Assembly: GCA_963789955.1 (NCBI GenBank)
Contig: CAWBMV010000006.1
Coordinates: 32,001-96,000, forward strand
Length of the DNA stretch: 64,000 bases
Source: an uncultured Candidatus Rokubacteria bacterium
Lineage (GTDB): Bacteria; Methylomirabilota; Methylomirabilia; Rokubacteriales; CSP1-6
Direction of reading: 5' to 3'
A program made the position numbers and the translations under genes. Positions 1 through 11,213 of the stretch are shown piece after piece (position 1 is the first letter of the stretch; every line of letters starts with the position of its first letter). The notes beneath the pieces were generated by a model. The model was not told where the DNA came from. It ran no database searches and saw nothing but the letters and a program-made list of their open reading frames with translations.

Positions 1-3000
1 CGCGAAACGCCCGTTCCGCACTCCCGTGGTTGCCACGGTACAGCTGCGCGAGACCGAGCTTCCAGAGCGAGTGACCGCGCGGCTCGGGCCATGGCCAGAG
101 TCGCCGGCTCGTCTCGTCGCCCTCGGTGTTGAGTCGGATGGCTTCGTCGAGATCGTACGTCTCGAGCGACACGCCGCCGAACAGGTTCGGCATGCGCGCC
201 AGGTAGAGCTTGTCGCCGGCAGCCTCTGCGTATTCGCGCAAACTCCGGTAGTGCTCCAGCGTGCCCTCGTAGTCGCCACGGGCCAGAGCGGCGTGGCCAA
301 GGTGATAGAGCGCGAGGCCCACCAGATAGCCAGAATGCTCGCGGCGCGCCAGCTCGAGCCCCTCGCGGAGATGCGCGACCGCCACGTCGTATTCGCCGTG
401 CCACTCGAGCTGCCGGCCGGCGAACGTGAGGCACTGCGCCAGGAGGCGGGAATCGCTCACCTCACGGGCGAGACGCACCGCTTCGGACGCGTCGCGCATC
501 GCCTCGACGACGGGCCCATATACGCCGCCTCTGGCCTCGCCGCGGAGGGCGTGGCAACCCGCCTGGCCCGCCGTGTCGCCAATCTCGGTTGCGATCGCGA
601 GGGCGCCGTTCACGGTTGCGAGGACCTCGCCGATCTTGTGGCCCCAGTTGTAGACGTTGGCCAAGCCGAGCAAGGTCGCCACTTCCTGCTTCCGGTCGCC
701 CAGCTGGCGGATCAGCACGAGGGCTCGCTCGAACTCGGCCACCGCGGCGTCGAACTCCGCCAGAATGTAGAGGATGCCCCCGAGCTTTTCGTGGACGCTC
801 GCCAGCTCCCGGTCGCCCGCCGCCGGCCGCGCGCGAGCGGCAACCTCTAGCGCCCGGGCGTAGTGCTTGCGTGCCTCCGCGCTCGCGAACGAGTGGGCGG
901 CGCGGTCACCGGCGAGGACGCTGTAGCGAAACGCTTCGTCCCATTGCTCGCCCTCGACGAAGTGGTGCGCCAGCTCCTCGTAGTGCTCGGCGAGGCGATC
1001 GGGATAGAGTTCCTCGATCGCGCGGCCGACTGCTCGGTGGAGCTCCTTCCGGCGCTGCGACGAGCAGGCTCTGGTAGGCCACGTCCTGGATCACCGCGTG
1101 CTTGAAGATGTAGGCCGGCTCGGGCAAGAGCCCCTGCTCGTAGATGATCTCGAGCGCCTTTAGCTCCTGGAGAAATCCCTCGAGCTCGCCGGTGAGTCCG
1201 GCGATGCGCTCCAGCAGGCGTCGCAGGAACTGACGGCCGATCACCGAGGCGAGCTGCACGGTGCGCTTGCCGTCCTCGCCGAGCCGGTCGAGGCGCGCCA
1301 TGATGATGTCGTGGATCGTGTCCGGGCACGCTCGACCTCGCCGATCGCCCTCACGATGCGAAAGCCGCCGTTCTCGCGCTCGAGGATGCCGAGGTCGAGA
1401 AGCGTCTTGGCCACTTCCTCGACGAAGAGCGGGACACCCTCGGCCTTGTCCAGGAGCGCCGCTCGTCAGCATCGCGCCGGAAACTGCTCGCGCCGAGCAT
1501 CCGGCCGGCCATGGCCAGGGCTTCCGCCTCCGACAGCGGACTGGAGCGTGAGCGTCGTGTGGAAGCTGCGCGTGCCGAAGGGCGGCGTGTAGCCCACCCG
1601 GTGGGTGAGCGACGATGCATGATCGGCGCGTCGCGCCACCGAGTCGATGAGCGAGGCGAGGTACTCCTCCGTGCTGCGTGTCGATCCAGTGGAGGTCCTC
1701 GAACACGAACACGAGCGGGCGGAGTGCCGCGCCGCGCAGCGGACATCGCGAGCACCGCGTCGAAGATGCGCTTGCGGCGTGTGCGCGGCATCCATCGCGA
1801 CGACCGCGGGATCGCCCGGGATCGACGGAGAGCAGGTAGCGCACGAACGGGACATGGGCGTTCGAGCTCGCCGATGCCGGCGCATCCCGTGCTCGACCTT
1901 GGCGATGATCTCGGGCTCACCGTCGAACTCGTCGATGCGGAAGTTCTCGCGAAGCTGATCGACGAGCGGGCAGGAACGGGATCGACTGACCGAACGAGAT
2001 GCAGCGGCCCTCGAGCCACGTCGCGGCCTCGCGCGTCGCCGCGAGCCGCCGTTGGAACTCGAGCAGGAGCCGAGACTTGCCGATGCCTGCCTCGCCGGCG
2101 ACGAACACGACCTGCCCCCGGCCCTCGCGGACCTCGATCGAACAGCTCCATGAGCGTGGCGATCTCCCGCGTCTCGCCCGACGAGGGGCGTGAGGCCGCG
2201 CTCACTCTCGACGTCCAGCCGCGCCGTGCGGCCTCGCGACCGCAGGACCTCGAACGCCTGGACCGGCACGTGACCTTTCACAGGCAGCTCGCCGAGGTCG
2301 ACCGTTTCGAAGAACCCGGCGACCAGCCGATGCGTCGAGTCGCTCAACGAGCACGCTGCCCGGTCGCGCATTCTGCTGCAGGCGCGCGGCCAGGTTGGTC
2401 GTGTCGCCGACCGCGGTGTAGTCCATGCGGAGGTCGTCGCCGATCTTGCCGACGACGACCGGACCGGTGTTGAGGCCGATTCGCATCTCGAGGCTCCGGC
2501 CGAGGCGTGACGCCAGCTCGCCGCTCAGGTCACGGAGCGCCGTCGCTGGATCGCGAGGGCGGCATGCACGGCGCGCCGTGGTGCGTCCTCGTGCGCGATA
2601 GGCGCGCCGAACAAGCGCCATGACGCCGTCACCCGTGTACTGGTTGATCGTTCCCTCGAACCGGTGCACCTCGGCCGTGATCAGTTCGAAGCACCGATCG
2701 ACGATCGGCGTGGACCTCTTCCGGGTCGTGCTGCTCGGCCAGCGCGCGTGAATCCCGCGAGGTCGGCGAAGAGCACCGTCACCTGCCGCCGCTCGCCCTC
2801 GAGGGCGGACCGCGTCTTGAGGATCTTCTCCGCGAGGTGCTTGGGTGTGTATCCGACCTGGGCGCGATCCGACGGCGCCGGCGCGCCAGACAACAGCTGA
2901 TGGCCGCACTCATTACAGAAGCGGCTACCGGGAAGGTTTGAATGCTGGCAGGCAGGGCAGATCGCGTCCAGCCGTATGCCGCATCCGCGACAGAACTTAG

Positions 3001-3040
3001 CGCCCGACGGGTTCTCGATCCGGCAACCCGGGCAGTTCAT
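1..3040 (-). CDS. Double zinc ribbon + class III adenylate/guanylate cyclase + STAND AAA ATPase + TPR protein; several frameshifts; runs off the left edge
   Basis: Reassembled from ORFs 2681..3040 (CxxC repeats, VTVLFADLAGFT), 2202..2909 (YTGDGVMAL, RIGLNTG, VGDTTNLAARLQ), 1917..2108 (Walker A GEAGIGKS) and 906..1844 (FEDLHWID, YIFKHAVIQDVAY). The minus strand of 1-1060 reads as helical TPR-like sequence. Confidence 0.85.
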
Positions 3041-3109
3041 CGTCGTGATGATACCTCAGTCGAGCGACGCGTCAGGGACAGGCGCGCGGTGGAGCGCGCG
3101 TTGCTTCGT

Positions 3110-3559
3110 TCAACGCTGTTCGAGCGCTTCGCAGGACTCCGTTCGTTGATCGAGCTGCACCTGACTCAGTGGCGCCTTCGGCGTGAACCGCAGAACGATG
3201 AGATCGCCAAGGGGAGAAACAGTCCCTTCGCGAACTCGCCGCGTTCGTGCATGACGCCGCCCGACCGGCCCCTGAACAGGCGCCGCGCGCCGGTCAGCGA
3301 CTCGACGGTCCACGATGACTTCCACACGAGCCGTGTCCGCGAATGACCATCTCAGACGCTCGTAGAGCGCCGCGTGGCCTCGGCTCACGACGATGAGCAC
3401 CTCGGCATCCGGAAAGGATCGGGAGGGCAAGGACTCGAGGAGCTGGGCCTTGTGGTGCGCGCAGACACCGTGCGTCGGCAGCGGGTTTTCGAGGGGTTCT
3501 TTCTCACCCAGGTAGCCGGGCTGGCCTTCGCGGCAGCACCACGCGCACAGGATCTTCAT
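3110..3559 (-). CDS. Hypothetical protein with an N-terminal Cys/His motif and a C-terminal DRR-xx-DRR segment
   Basis: MKILCAWCCRE...THGVCAHH and EVIVDRRVADRR; ATG at 3559. Confidence 0.6.
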   Translation of the reverse strand: MKILCAWCCREGQPGYLGEKEPLENPLPTHGVCAHHKAQLLESLPSRSFPDAEVLIVVSRGHAALYERLRWSFADTARVEVIVDRRVADRRAAPVQGPVGRRHARTRRVREGTVSPLGDLIVLRFTPKAPLSQVQLDQRTESCEALEQR

Positions 3560-3575
3560 CTCGGACACACCAGAT

Positions 3576-3591
3576 TGCGAACGCAATGCCA
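3576..3591 (-). promoter_or_regulatory. Putative sigma-54 (-24/-12) promoter
   Basis: Minus strand TGGCATTGCGTTCGCA gives GG-N10-GC, 16 nt upstream of the ATG at 3559. Confidence 0.45.
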
Positions 3592-3852
3592 CTGGATTCG
3601 GGCTCCGCTAAGAACCGGAAAAGCCGCGTTTCGCGATCTTTTGTGCCGCCGGGCTGAGCCGCCGGGGCGAGCCTTGAGGCGCCGATTCGGGCGAGACGCC
3701 CGATTTCCGCGCACTTGTGCCCGGCAGGCGACGGATGCTCAGTGAGCGTGATTCCCAGGCAGGCGATGTGCGGTACGCTGGGACGACCCCTGGATGGGGG
3801 AGGCGTAGTCGCCGGTCTCGCGGCCGGCGTACCGCGATGAGGGAATGATGCG

Positions 3853-4188
3853 ATGAGCTGGCAGCGACCGTACCGTGAGCTCAATCCGGGAATCGAAGAG
3901 CTGGTCGTCAGAGTGCTGGAAGAAGGTAAGGGCGCGGCGCACAAACCCGAGTGGCAAACGCTCGGAAACGTCACGCAGCTCGACTGCCACAATCCGCGTT
4001 GTCAGCGTGGCGGGGTCGACCTTCAGCACACCCTGCGTGAAATGGTCGCCACCCGGCGCGCGGAGCTGGAGAACGTCAAGATGTGCCGCGGCACCGAAGG
4101 GGGCGGGCCCAGTGTCGCGCCACGCCACTGTCTGAATCGCTTCGCGTTCCGCATCTCGCTTGCCTACAAGGTGGACGGCACGCAGTGA
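3853..4188 (+). CDS. Small hypothetical protein with four Cys, possibly metal-binding
   Basis: 111-aa ORF with CHNPRC...CRG...HC; its stop overlaps the next start (GTGA). Confidence 0.55.
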   Translation: MSWQRPYRELNPGIEELVVRVLEEGKGAAHKPEWQTLGNVTQLDCHNPRCQRGGVDLQHTLREMVATRRAELENVKMCRGTEGGGPSVAPRHCLNRFAFRISLAYKVDGTQ

Positions 4189-5315
4189 CGCCGCGGGTCA
4201 TAGACGCCGACGGCCACGTCCTCGAGCCGGCGGATACGTGGCTCAAGTACCTCGACCCGCACTACCGTGACCGCGCCATCCGCATCGCCCGGGACGATCA
4301 AGGATTCGAGGTCCTGCTGATCGACGGCCAGCCGCTGAAGACCCTCCGCGGCCAGCTCGGCGCCCTGGGCGGCATCGACATGGACACCGCCAAGCTCCTG
4401 ACCCGAGGCCAGATCAGCTATGCGGAAGGGAGCCCGCCCGGCTCCTACGATCCCGCCGCTCGGCTACGCGTGATGGACGGCGAAGGCATCGACGGCGTCC
4501 TTCTCTACCCGACCATCGGGATCTGCTGGGAGGGCCACGTCACCGACGGCGCCCTCGCGACTGCCTACACGCGCGCCTACAACCGCTGGCTGGCCGAGTT
4601 CTGTCGTGCCGAACCCACGCGCCTCTATCCGGTGGCGCACATCTCGCTCCTGGATCCCGAAGGCGCGGTCGAGGAGACGATCCGCGCGCGCAAGGACGGC
4701 TGCGTCGGAATCTACCTCTCGCCGGACCTGGCTGCGCGCGGCGGGCGGCACTTCGACGATCCGGTCTTCGCGCGCTTCTGGGAGACGGCGCAGGACCTCG
4801 AGCTGCCGGTCGGCTTCCACGTCGTCGTCCGGGATCGGCAGTGGTTCAGACAGTGGCAGCGGCGGGACCCGTCGGACGGTCTCTTCAGCATCGTCTTCCT
4901 CGCCATCGACGTCATGGCGGCGTTCACCCAGATGCTGAGCGCGGGCATGTTCGAGCGCTATCCGCGCCTGCGGTGCGTCGTGCTCGAGGCGGGCTCGAAC
5001 TGGATCGCCGCCTGGCTGGATCGTCTCGACCACAAGTACCGCGTGCTCGCTCACCAGACACCGATCCGCATGGCGCCGAGCGAGTACTTTCGCCGTCAGT
5101 GTCTGATCTCGGCGGATCCCGACGAGTCGGTCACCGCCCAGATGATCGAGCACCTGGGAGCCGACTACTTCGTCTGGGCGTCGGACTATCCGCACATCGA
5201 CGCGTCGTTCGGGGTCGTGCGCGAGTTGAAAGAGCGGCTCGCGCCGCTGCCGGAAGAGGCGCGCCGTAAAGTGCTCGGCCTGAACGCGCAGCGGTTCTAC
5301 CGGCTCGCGGGCTGA
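4185..5315 (+). CDS. Amidohydrolase family protein (Amidohydro_2)
   Basis: VIDADGHVLEP, LYPT, AYNRWLAEFC, PVGFH, LEAG and WASDYPH motifs. Confidence 0.9.
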   Translation: MTPRVIDADGHVLEPADTWLKYLDPHYRDRAIRIARDDQGFEVLLIDGQPLKTLRGQLGALGGIDMDTAKLLTRGQISYAEGSPPGSYDPAARLRVMDGEGIDGVLLYPTIGICWEGHVTDGALATAYTRAYNRWLAEFCRAEPTRLYPVAHISLLDPEGAVEETIRARKDGCVGIYLSPDLAARGGRHFDDPVFARFWETAQDLELPVGFHVVVRDRQWFRQWQRRDPSDGLFSIVFLAIDVMAAFTQMLSAGMFERYPRLRCVVLEAGSNWIAAWLDRLDHKYRVLAHQTPIRMAPSEYFRRQCLISADPDESVTAQMIEHLGADYFVWASDYPHIDASFGVVRELKERLAPLPEEARRKVLGLNAQRFYRLAG

Positions 5316-5341
5316 ACCCGCGAGCCGGCTCGAGCACTCTC

Positions 5342-6256
5342 CTAGCAGAAGTCCTTCGCGATCTTCGCCAGTCGCTCCGCCGCCGCCGGCCGCATCTCGC
5401 CGAGCGTCGCAACGAAGTTCGGGTGCGTCATCCCAGACCCGAGATACGTCCACCGCTGCCCCTGCAGCTGCGTCGCCACGAACGTCTCGCGCTCACTCGT
5501 GCTGAGCTTCCGGCCGGTCGCGCGCGCCAGGTTCTCGATGTCGAACTCGACCTGCTGAGCCAGAGCCCCGTCGATCATGGCGCCGATCTCGAGATATTCC
5601 TCGACGGCCCCGTCGATCGTCGGCCCGTCCATCGTGCTGCTCAATGACTCGACCAGGAGCGTGTCGAGCTTGGCGTGCTGGGACTCCTCCATCCAGTGGT
5701 GCTTGAGCAGGCTCTTGAACTGCGGGTCGAGCTTCTGGTTGTCCTGCACCGCGTCGGTCCAGTGCTTGAGCGTCATCCACTCGATCTGCAGGATCACCAG
5801 CGCCACCCCCAGCGGCTGGTGGGCGAGCACCGCTTTCGCGACCGCCTCGGGCGGCCCGATCTCTTCGCACGGCGTGCCGAAGCCCCGCTCGAACTCCTCG
5901 CGGAAGCGGCGGAACAGGTGGATGTGCTTGGCCTCCTCCGCGGCGAACCCGAGCAGCGCGCGGACGGCGTAGGAGTCGCCGTGAATCTGGGGCCGCGCGT
6001 GATCCAGCACGAAGGGCACGATGAACTCCTCGACGAGGCCGAACGTGTACAGATAGCCGATGGCGCGGATGTGGTTGAGCGCCAGCCGCTCGCGCGGGCT
6101 CAGAAACGTGAGCGGCTCGACGCGCGCGAACGACTCCGGCATGAACGGCTTCGAGAAGTCGAGCGTCTTGTCGTCGCCGATCAGGTCCTCGACGCGCCAG
6201 TGAATGCGCTCCGACGCTGCCAGGGTCGTCTGGTACGAGTAGCCGTGACTCTTCAT
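5342..6256 (-). CDS. Ferritin-like diiron oxygenase (AurF-like)
   Basis: Paired ExxH motifs (EEAKH, EESQH) plus LVEEF and QIEW carboxylates; ATG at 6256 after an AAAGGAG SD. Confidence 0.75.
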   Translation of the reverse strand: MKSHGYSYQTTLAASERIHWRVEDLIGDDKTLDFSKPFMPESFARVEPLTFLSPRERLALNHIRAIGYLYTFGLVEEFIVPFVLDHARPQIHGDSYAVRALLGFAAEEAKHIHLFRRFREEFERGFGTPCEEIGPPEAVAKAVLAHQPLGVALVILQIEWMTLKHWTDAVQDNQKLDPQFKSLLKHHWMEESQHAKLDTLLVESLSSTMDGPTIDGAVEEYLEIGAMIDGALAQQVEFDIENLARATGRKLSTSERETFVATQLQGQRWTYLGSGMTHPNFVATLGEMRPAAAERLAKIAKDFC

Positions 6257-6331
6257 CGCCTGTCTCCTTTGGGTGCGCGTGTCGCGCCCTCGTGATCTCT
6301 CGGCTGTTGTTCCGCCGACGCGATTACAGAG

Positions 6332-6347
6332 TGCAGCCGCGATGCCA
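6332..6347 (-). promoter_or_regulatory. Putative sigma-54 promoter of the diiron gene
   Basis: Minus strand TGGCATCGCGGCTGCA gives GG-N10-GC; an enhancer-binding protein gene lies divergently next to it. Confidence 0.6.
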
Positions 6348-6436
6348 CGACGCACGCGAGCGATCTCGATGACTTGCGTCGAACCGACGAAACCGACGAA
6401 TCGCCGGGCGGTCTCTCGACATTCGACGGTTCTCAG

Positions 6437-6461
6437 CGGTTCGGGCAATGTTCCCGAACCG
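6437..6461. promoter_or_regulatory. Inverted repeat, candidate activator-binding site
   Basis: CGGTTCGGG-caatgtt-CCCGAACCG has perfect 9-bp arms and lies about 90-115 bp upstream of the -24 element. Confidence 0.4.
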
Positions 6462-6484
6462 GCGGCGCCGCGCGAGGCGGTAAG

Positions 6485-9400
6485 ATGTCCGCCGTGACGA
6501 CGGTGGGCGCGTTGATGGGTCAGAGCGCGGGCATGGTCGCCCTGCGACAGCAGATCTCGCGCGTGCTCGGCCGCCAGATCGACGCGGCGCGCCGCTCGCC
6601 GCCCATCCTCGTCCTGGGAGAGACGGGCACCGGTAAGGGACTGGTGGCCGCGACGATCCACCGGGCCGGCGCGCGGGCGCGCGGTCCGTTCGTCGACGTC
6701 AACTGCGCGGCCATCCCGGAGACGCTCATCGAGGCCGAGCTGTTCGGCTGGGAGCGTGGGGCGTTCACCGACGCGCGCCAGGCCAAGGCCGGGCTGTTCC
6801 AGACCGCGCACGGCGGCACGATCTTCCTGGACGAGATCGGGCTGTTGCCCTTTCCGCTGCAGTCGAAGCTCCTGAAGGTGATCGAGGACCAGCAGGTCCG
6901 GCGGCTAGGCGGCACGCGCAGCGAGACCGTCGACGTCTGGGTGATCGCGGCCACCAGCGAGGATCTCGACGAGGCCATCCGCGCTCGGCGGTTTCGCGAG
7001 GACCTGTATCACCGGCTGGCGGTCCTGACGCTTCGTCTACCTCCGCTGCGCGAGCGCGGCGACGATGCCGTCCTGCTGGGCGAGCACTTTCTCGCGCGCG
7101 CCTGCGACGACTACGGCCTGGCGCGCAAGACCCTGACACCGGAAGCGCGCGCCGCCCTGCGCACCTTCGCCTGGCCCGGCAACGTCCGGCAGCTGGCCAA
7201 CGTGATGGAGCGTGCGGCGCTGCTGACCGACTCGTCCGCGGTGGCTGCGGAAGAGCTCGGGCTCACGCCAGATCCAGCGACACCCGGCTCCTCGGCCCGA
7301 GAGATGTCGAGCCCACACCCCGGCGTCGCGCTCGAGGATGCCATGCGTGATGTCGAGCGCGCGCGCTTGCTCGACGCGCTCGAGGCGAGCGGCGGAAACA
7401 TCACGCGGGCAGCAGAGCGGCTCGGCCTGCCGCGCAACACCTTACGCTACCGGCTGGACCGACACGGGCTCGCGCTCGAGGCCGACTCGCCCCGACGGCG
7501 GGGAGGCCGGCCGGCCGGCTCGGTTCCGCGGCCTGACAGCGCGGTCGCGACACCTCCGCCCGGCGTGCCGGTCGGCGGAATCGCGCCGCCTGACCTTGCT
7601 CCGAGTGGCCCTCGTCTCTCCGCGCACCGAGCCGCACTCGTCCGAGATGTCGCGGGCGCTCGAAGGCGTCATGGACAAGGCGCAGGGTTTTGGCGGCTGG
7701 ATCGAAAGCGTCGGGCCCAGCGGCGCCCTCGTGGTGTTCGGGCTCGACCCGGCCGAGGATGCGTCCCGTCGCGCGGTGCACGCGGCCGTGGCCATCCGCC
7801 AGGCGGCCGCGCGCGCCCGGCGCGACGACGCGCTCCGGCCCGATGTGAGCATCGCGATCCACACCGCGAGCCTGGGGGTCGCACCCGGCGACGGCGATGT
7901 CGTGCTCGAGAGCGAAGGCCGGCGCGAGGCCTGCGCGGTCCTCGACGCGCTCGTCGCGGCGGCTGAACCGGGAAGCGTCATCGTCGGGGCGCGCGCGGCC
8001 GGCTCGCTCGGTCGGCATTTCGAGCTCGCACGGATCGCCGATTCCTCGGGTACCGAAGCCGCGTACCGGCTCGTGAGCTACGCCGAGCGCGAGCTACGCC
8101 GCGCGCGCTTCGTCGGCCGCGACCGCGAGCTCCGACTGCTCGCCGACCGCTTCGAGCAGGCGCGCGCCGGGCAGGGGCAGGTGTGCATGATCGTCGGCGA
8201 GCCCGGGATCGGCAAGTCGCGGCTCCTCCAGGAGCTCCGGCAGCGGCTCGGCGACGCCGCGGCATGGGTCGAGGCGCAGGCCGTCCCGTTCGGCCGGGCG
8301 ATGCCGTTTCACCCGGTCGTCGACATGTTGCGGCAATCGTGCGCGATCCAGGAAGGCGATAGCGCCGCAACCGTTGCCGCCAAGCTCGAGCAGCGGGTGC
8401 GTCGGCTGGACGAGCGTCTGACCCCGACCTTGCCGTTCCTGCGATCGATGCTGGGAGTCGATCCCGGCGATCGGGCGGTCAGCACCATGGACCCGAAGCT
8501 CCGCCGGGTGGAGATCGTCCACGCCACGCAGCAAATGCTGGCGCGAGCGGCCGAGGTCCAGCCGCACGTCATGGTGCTCGAGGACGCGCACTGGATGGAC
8601 GCCGCCACGGAAGAATGGGCGGCGCGCCTGGCCGAGAGCATCGCCGCACAGCGCGTGCTGCTCGTCGTGACCTATCGTCCCGGCTACAGGCCGCCCTTCA
8701 GCGATCAGACATTCCACACCCGGCTCGCGCTCACGACCCTGTCGACCGACGACAGCGTGCACATGGCTCGCGAGCTTCTCGGGGCCGCAGCGGTGCCGGA
8801 CGACGTCGAGACGCTGATCGTGAGCAAGGCGGAGGGCAACCCCTTCTTCCTCGAAGAGCTCGTGCGATCGGTCGGTGAGCTGGGCTCGGCGGGCCCACTC
8901 GATGCCACGCGCGTGCCCGATACCATCCAGGAGGCCGTGACCGCGCGTATCGATCGGCTGGCGGAGCCGGCCCGGCGCGCGCTTCGGATCGCAGCGGTCA
9001 TCGGTCGCGAGTTCTCGCGCGGGCTCCTCGGCCGAGTCGTCGAGAGCGCGGCGCCGCTCGACGATCTGCTGCGCGAGCTACGCGCCGTGGAGCTGATCCA
9101 CGAGCAGCGCGTCTTCCCCGACGTGTCCTACGCCTTCAAGCACGCGCTGACCCACGACGTGACGTACCAGTCGATTCCGGCTCACGAGCGCCGCACGCTC
9201 CATCGTCGGATCGCCCAGGCGCTCGAGGCCCTTCACGGCGACCGAGTGGGCGAGGTGGCGGGTATGCTGGCTCGCCACTACGTCGCGGCCGAGGACTGGG
9301 AGCGCGCCCTCGTGCACCTCGTCCGCGCGGCAGAGGCCGCCGCTCGGGCGTTCGCCACCCGCGACGCGCTCGAGCTCTACGACGACGCGCTGGAGGCCGC

Positions 9401-10715
9401 GGCGCGTCTTCCAGGCACGGGCGAGCGCGTCATCGCGATCCATCAGGCCCGCAGCGCGCTCTACTTCGTGGTCAGCGATTTCGAGCGATCGCGCGAAGCG
9501 GCGGGCCTCGCGCGCGACCTGGCTCACGATGCCGGCGACGCCACCCGCGAAGGCGTGGCGCTGGCCGCGATGGCGTGGGCCGCCACCTGGGCCCGCGATC
9601 TCGACGGCGCCGTCGCGCACGCGCGCGAGGCGATCGATCTGGCGGGCCCCGGCCGGCGCCGAGACGGTGCTGGCGCGGGCGCAGTTCACGATTGGATTCG
9701 TGCAAGGCGTGACCGGCGTCCTTGACGAGGCGAAGAGCGCGATCCAGAGCTCGGTCGTGACGAGCCGCTCGGCGGGCGACATGATCCACCACTCCCTGGC
9801 CCTGACGATGGGCGGTCTGATCAAGAACTGGGAGTCGGAGTTCGCGGCCGCCGATCAGCTGCAGGCGCAGGGGCTGGCGATCGCCCGCGAGCAGAATCTC
9901 CTGGTGCCTCTGCTGTTCAGCGCCTTCCTGCGCGGCCTCACCCTGGTCGGCAAGGGGAGCTACACGGAGGCCCTCGCCACCTTCCACGAAGGCCTCGAGC
10001 TGTCCGAGAAGGTCGGCGACGAGGTCATTCACCACCGGCTCCTGAACTGCCTGGGCTGGCTGCACTACGAGCTCGGCGATCTCGACCGGGCAGCCGAGCT
10101 CAATCGCCTGAGCGCCGACGGCGGGCGCCGCCGGAACGATCCCGGAACGTTGCCGAACGCCGAGCTGAATCTCGGCGACATCTTCCTGGCCCGGGGTGAC
10201 CTGCCCGCCGCGCGCGAGATGCTCGAGCGCGTCGACCGATTCGCCCGCGATCCCGCGACGAGTGCCTGGATGCGCTTTCGCTACTCGATCCGGCTCTGCG
10301 CGAGCCTGGGCGAGCTGGCGCTCGCGCAAGGCGATCTCGACCAGGCGCGGCGCCACGCCGAGCGCTGTCTGGAGCTCGCCACGCGCACGAACGCGCGGAA
10401 GAATCTCGTCAAGGGCTGGCGGCTGGCCGGCGAGGTGGCATCCGCCGCGCGACGCTGGGCCGACGCGGAGCACGCGCTCGGCCAGGCACGGACGATCGCC
10501 GAGAGCCATCGGGAATCCGACCCAGCTCTGGCGCACGTACGCCGCGCTCGCGCGGTTCCACGCCGCGCGCGGTGACAAGGACGCCGCGCGTCTTGCCGCC
10601 GGCGCCGGTGCCCGCGTCGTTGACGGCATGCTGGCCGGAGCTGACTGACCCGAGCGTTACGGCGCGCCTCGAAGGGCTCGCGCTCGTGCGCGAGCTTCGC
10701 TCTACGGCGGGCTGA
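6485..10715 (+). CDS. Sigma-54 activator (AAA+ and Fis-HTH) fused to a degenerate cyclase-like domain, STAND ATPase and TPR repeats; frameshifted
   Basis: GETGTGK, ELFGWERGAFTDA, FLDEIG, WPGNVRQL and HTH NITRAAERLGLPRNTL (ORF 6374..7966). Then FVGRDREL, GEPGIGKS, LEDAHW, GNPFFLEEL and FKHALTHDV (7338..9725), and TPR-like helices (9529..10575 and beyond). Start is ATG 6485 or GTG 6494. Confidence 0.85.
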
Positions 10716-11213
10716 CCCGCGGCGCACCCAGATCAATCGCCGTGATCGGCGTGCCCGGTCCGACGGCACATGGGTGCAGGACATCGATCGCGTAGCCGAC
10801 GTTCAAACGCTCACCGAGCCATCCCGGCTCTACTCGTCTGAGCATCTAGAACAACGCCCAGCGGCATCGTTTCGCTCGCGGAGAAGCGTCGCCGGATCAC
10901 CGTGCATGTCAGGTGACGGCGGAACTTCGGGCAGAGGTTGGCCATCGGGTCGCCGGAATCGAAGCTCACCGTTGGGCTCGCGATCGAGCTGATAGCCCTC
11001 CTCATGGACGGCGCGATGATGCCGGCGACATGAGTAGCGCGAGATTCGAGAGCGTCGTCGGTCCGCCACGGGCCCAGTGGCGGATGTGGTGTTCCAGCCC
11101 TCACGGGCGTCGAACTCGCGGATCAGATCCAGCAGCCGGGCGGTCGCGGCTTCGAGGTGAGCCGACAGCTCGGCGATCTCATCGCTTAGACGGTCGAGCG
11201 CGAGCGTGTCCAT
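10702..11213 (-). pseudogene. Internally deleted DUF222/HNH endonuclease (13E12-repeat-like) remnant
   Basis: The N-terminus LDRLSDEIAELSAHLEAATARLLDLIREFDAREGW joins directly to the HNH motif HIRHWARGGPTTLSNLALL-CRRHHRAVHEEG and the tail WLGERLNVGYAIDVLHP. Confidence 0.75.

Noticed and set aside
26..850. 274-aa plus-strand ORF and the many other long antisense ORFs
   Set aside because: These are shadows of real genes on the opposite strand and carry no family motifs.
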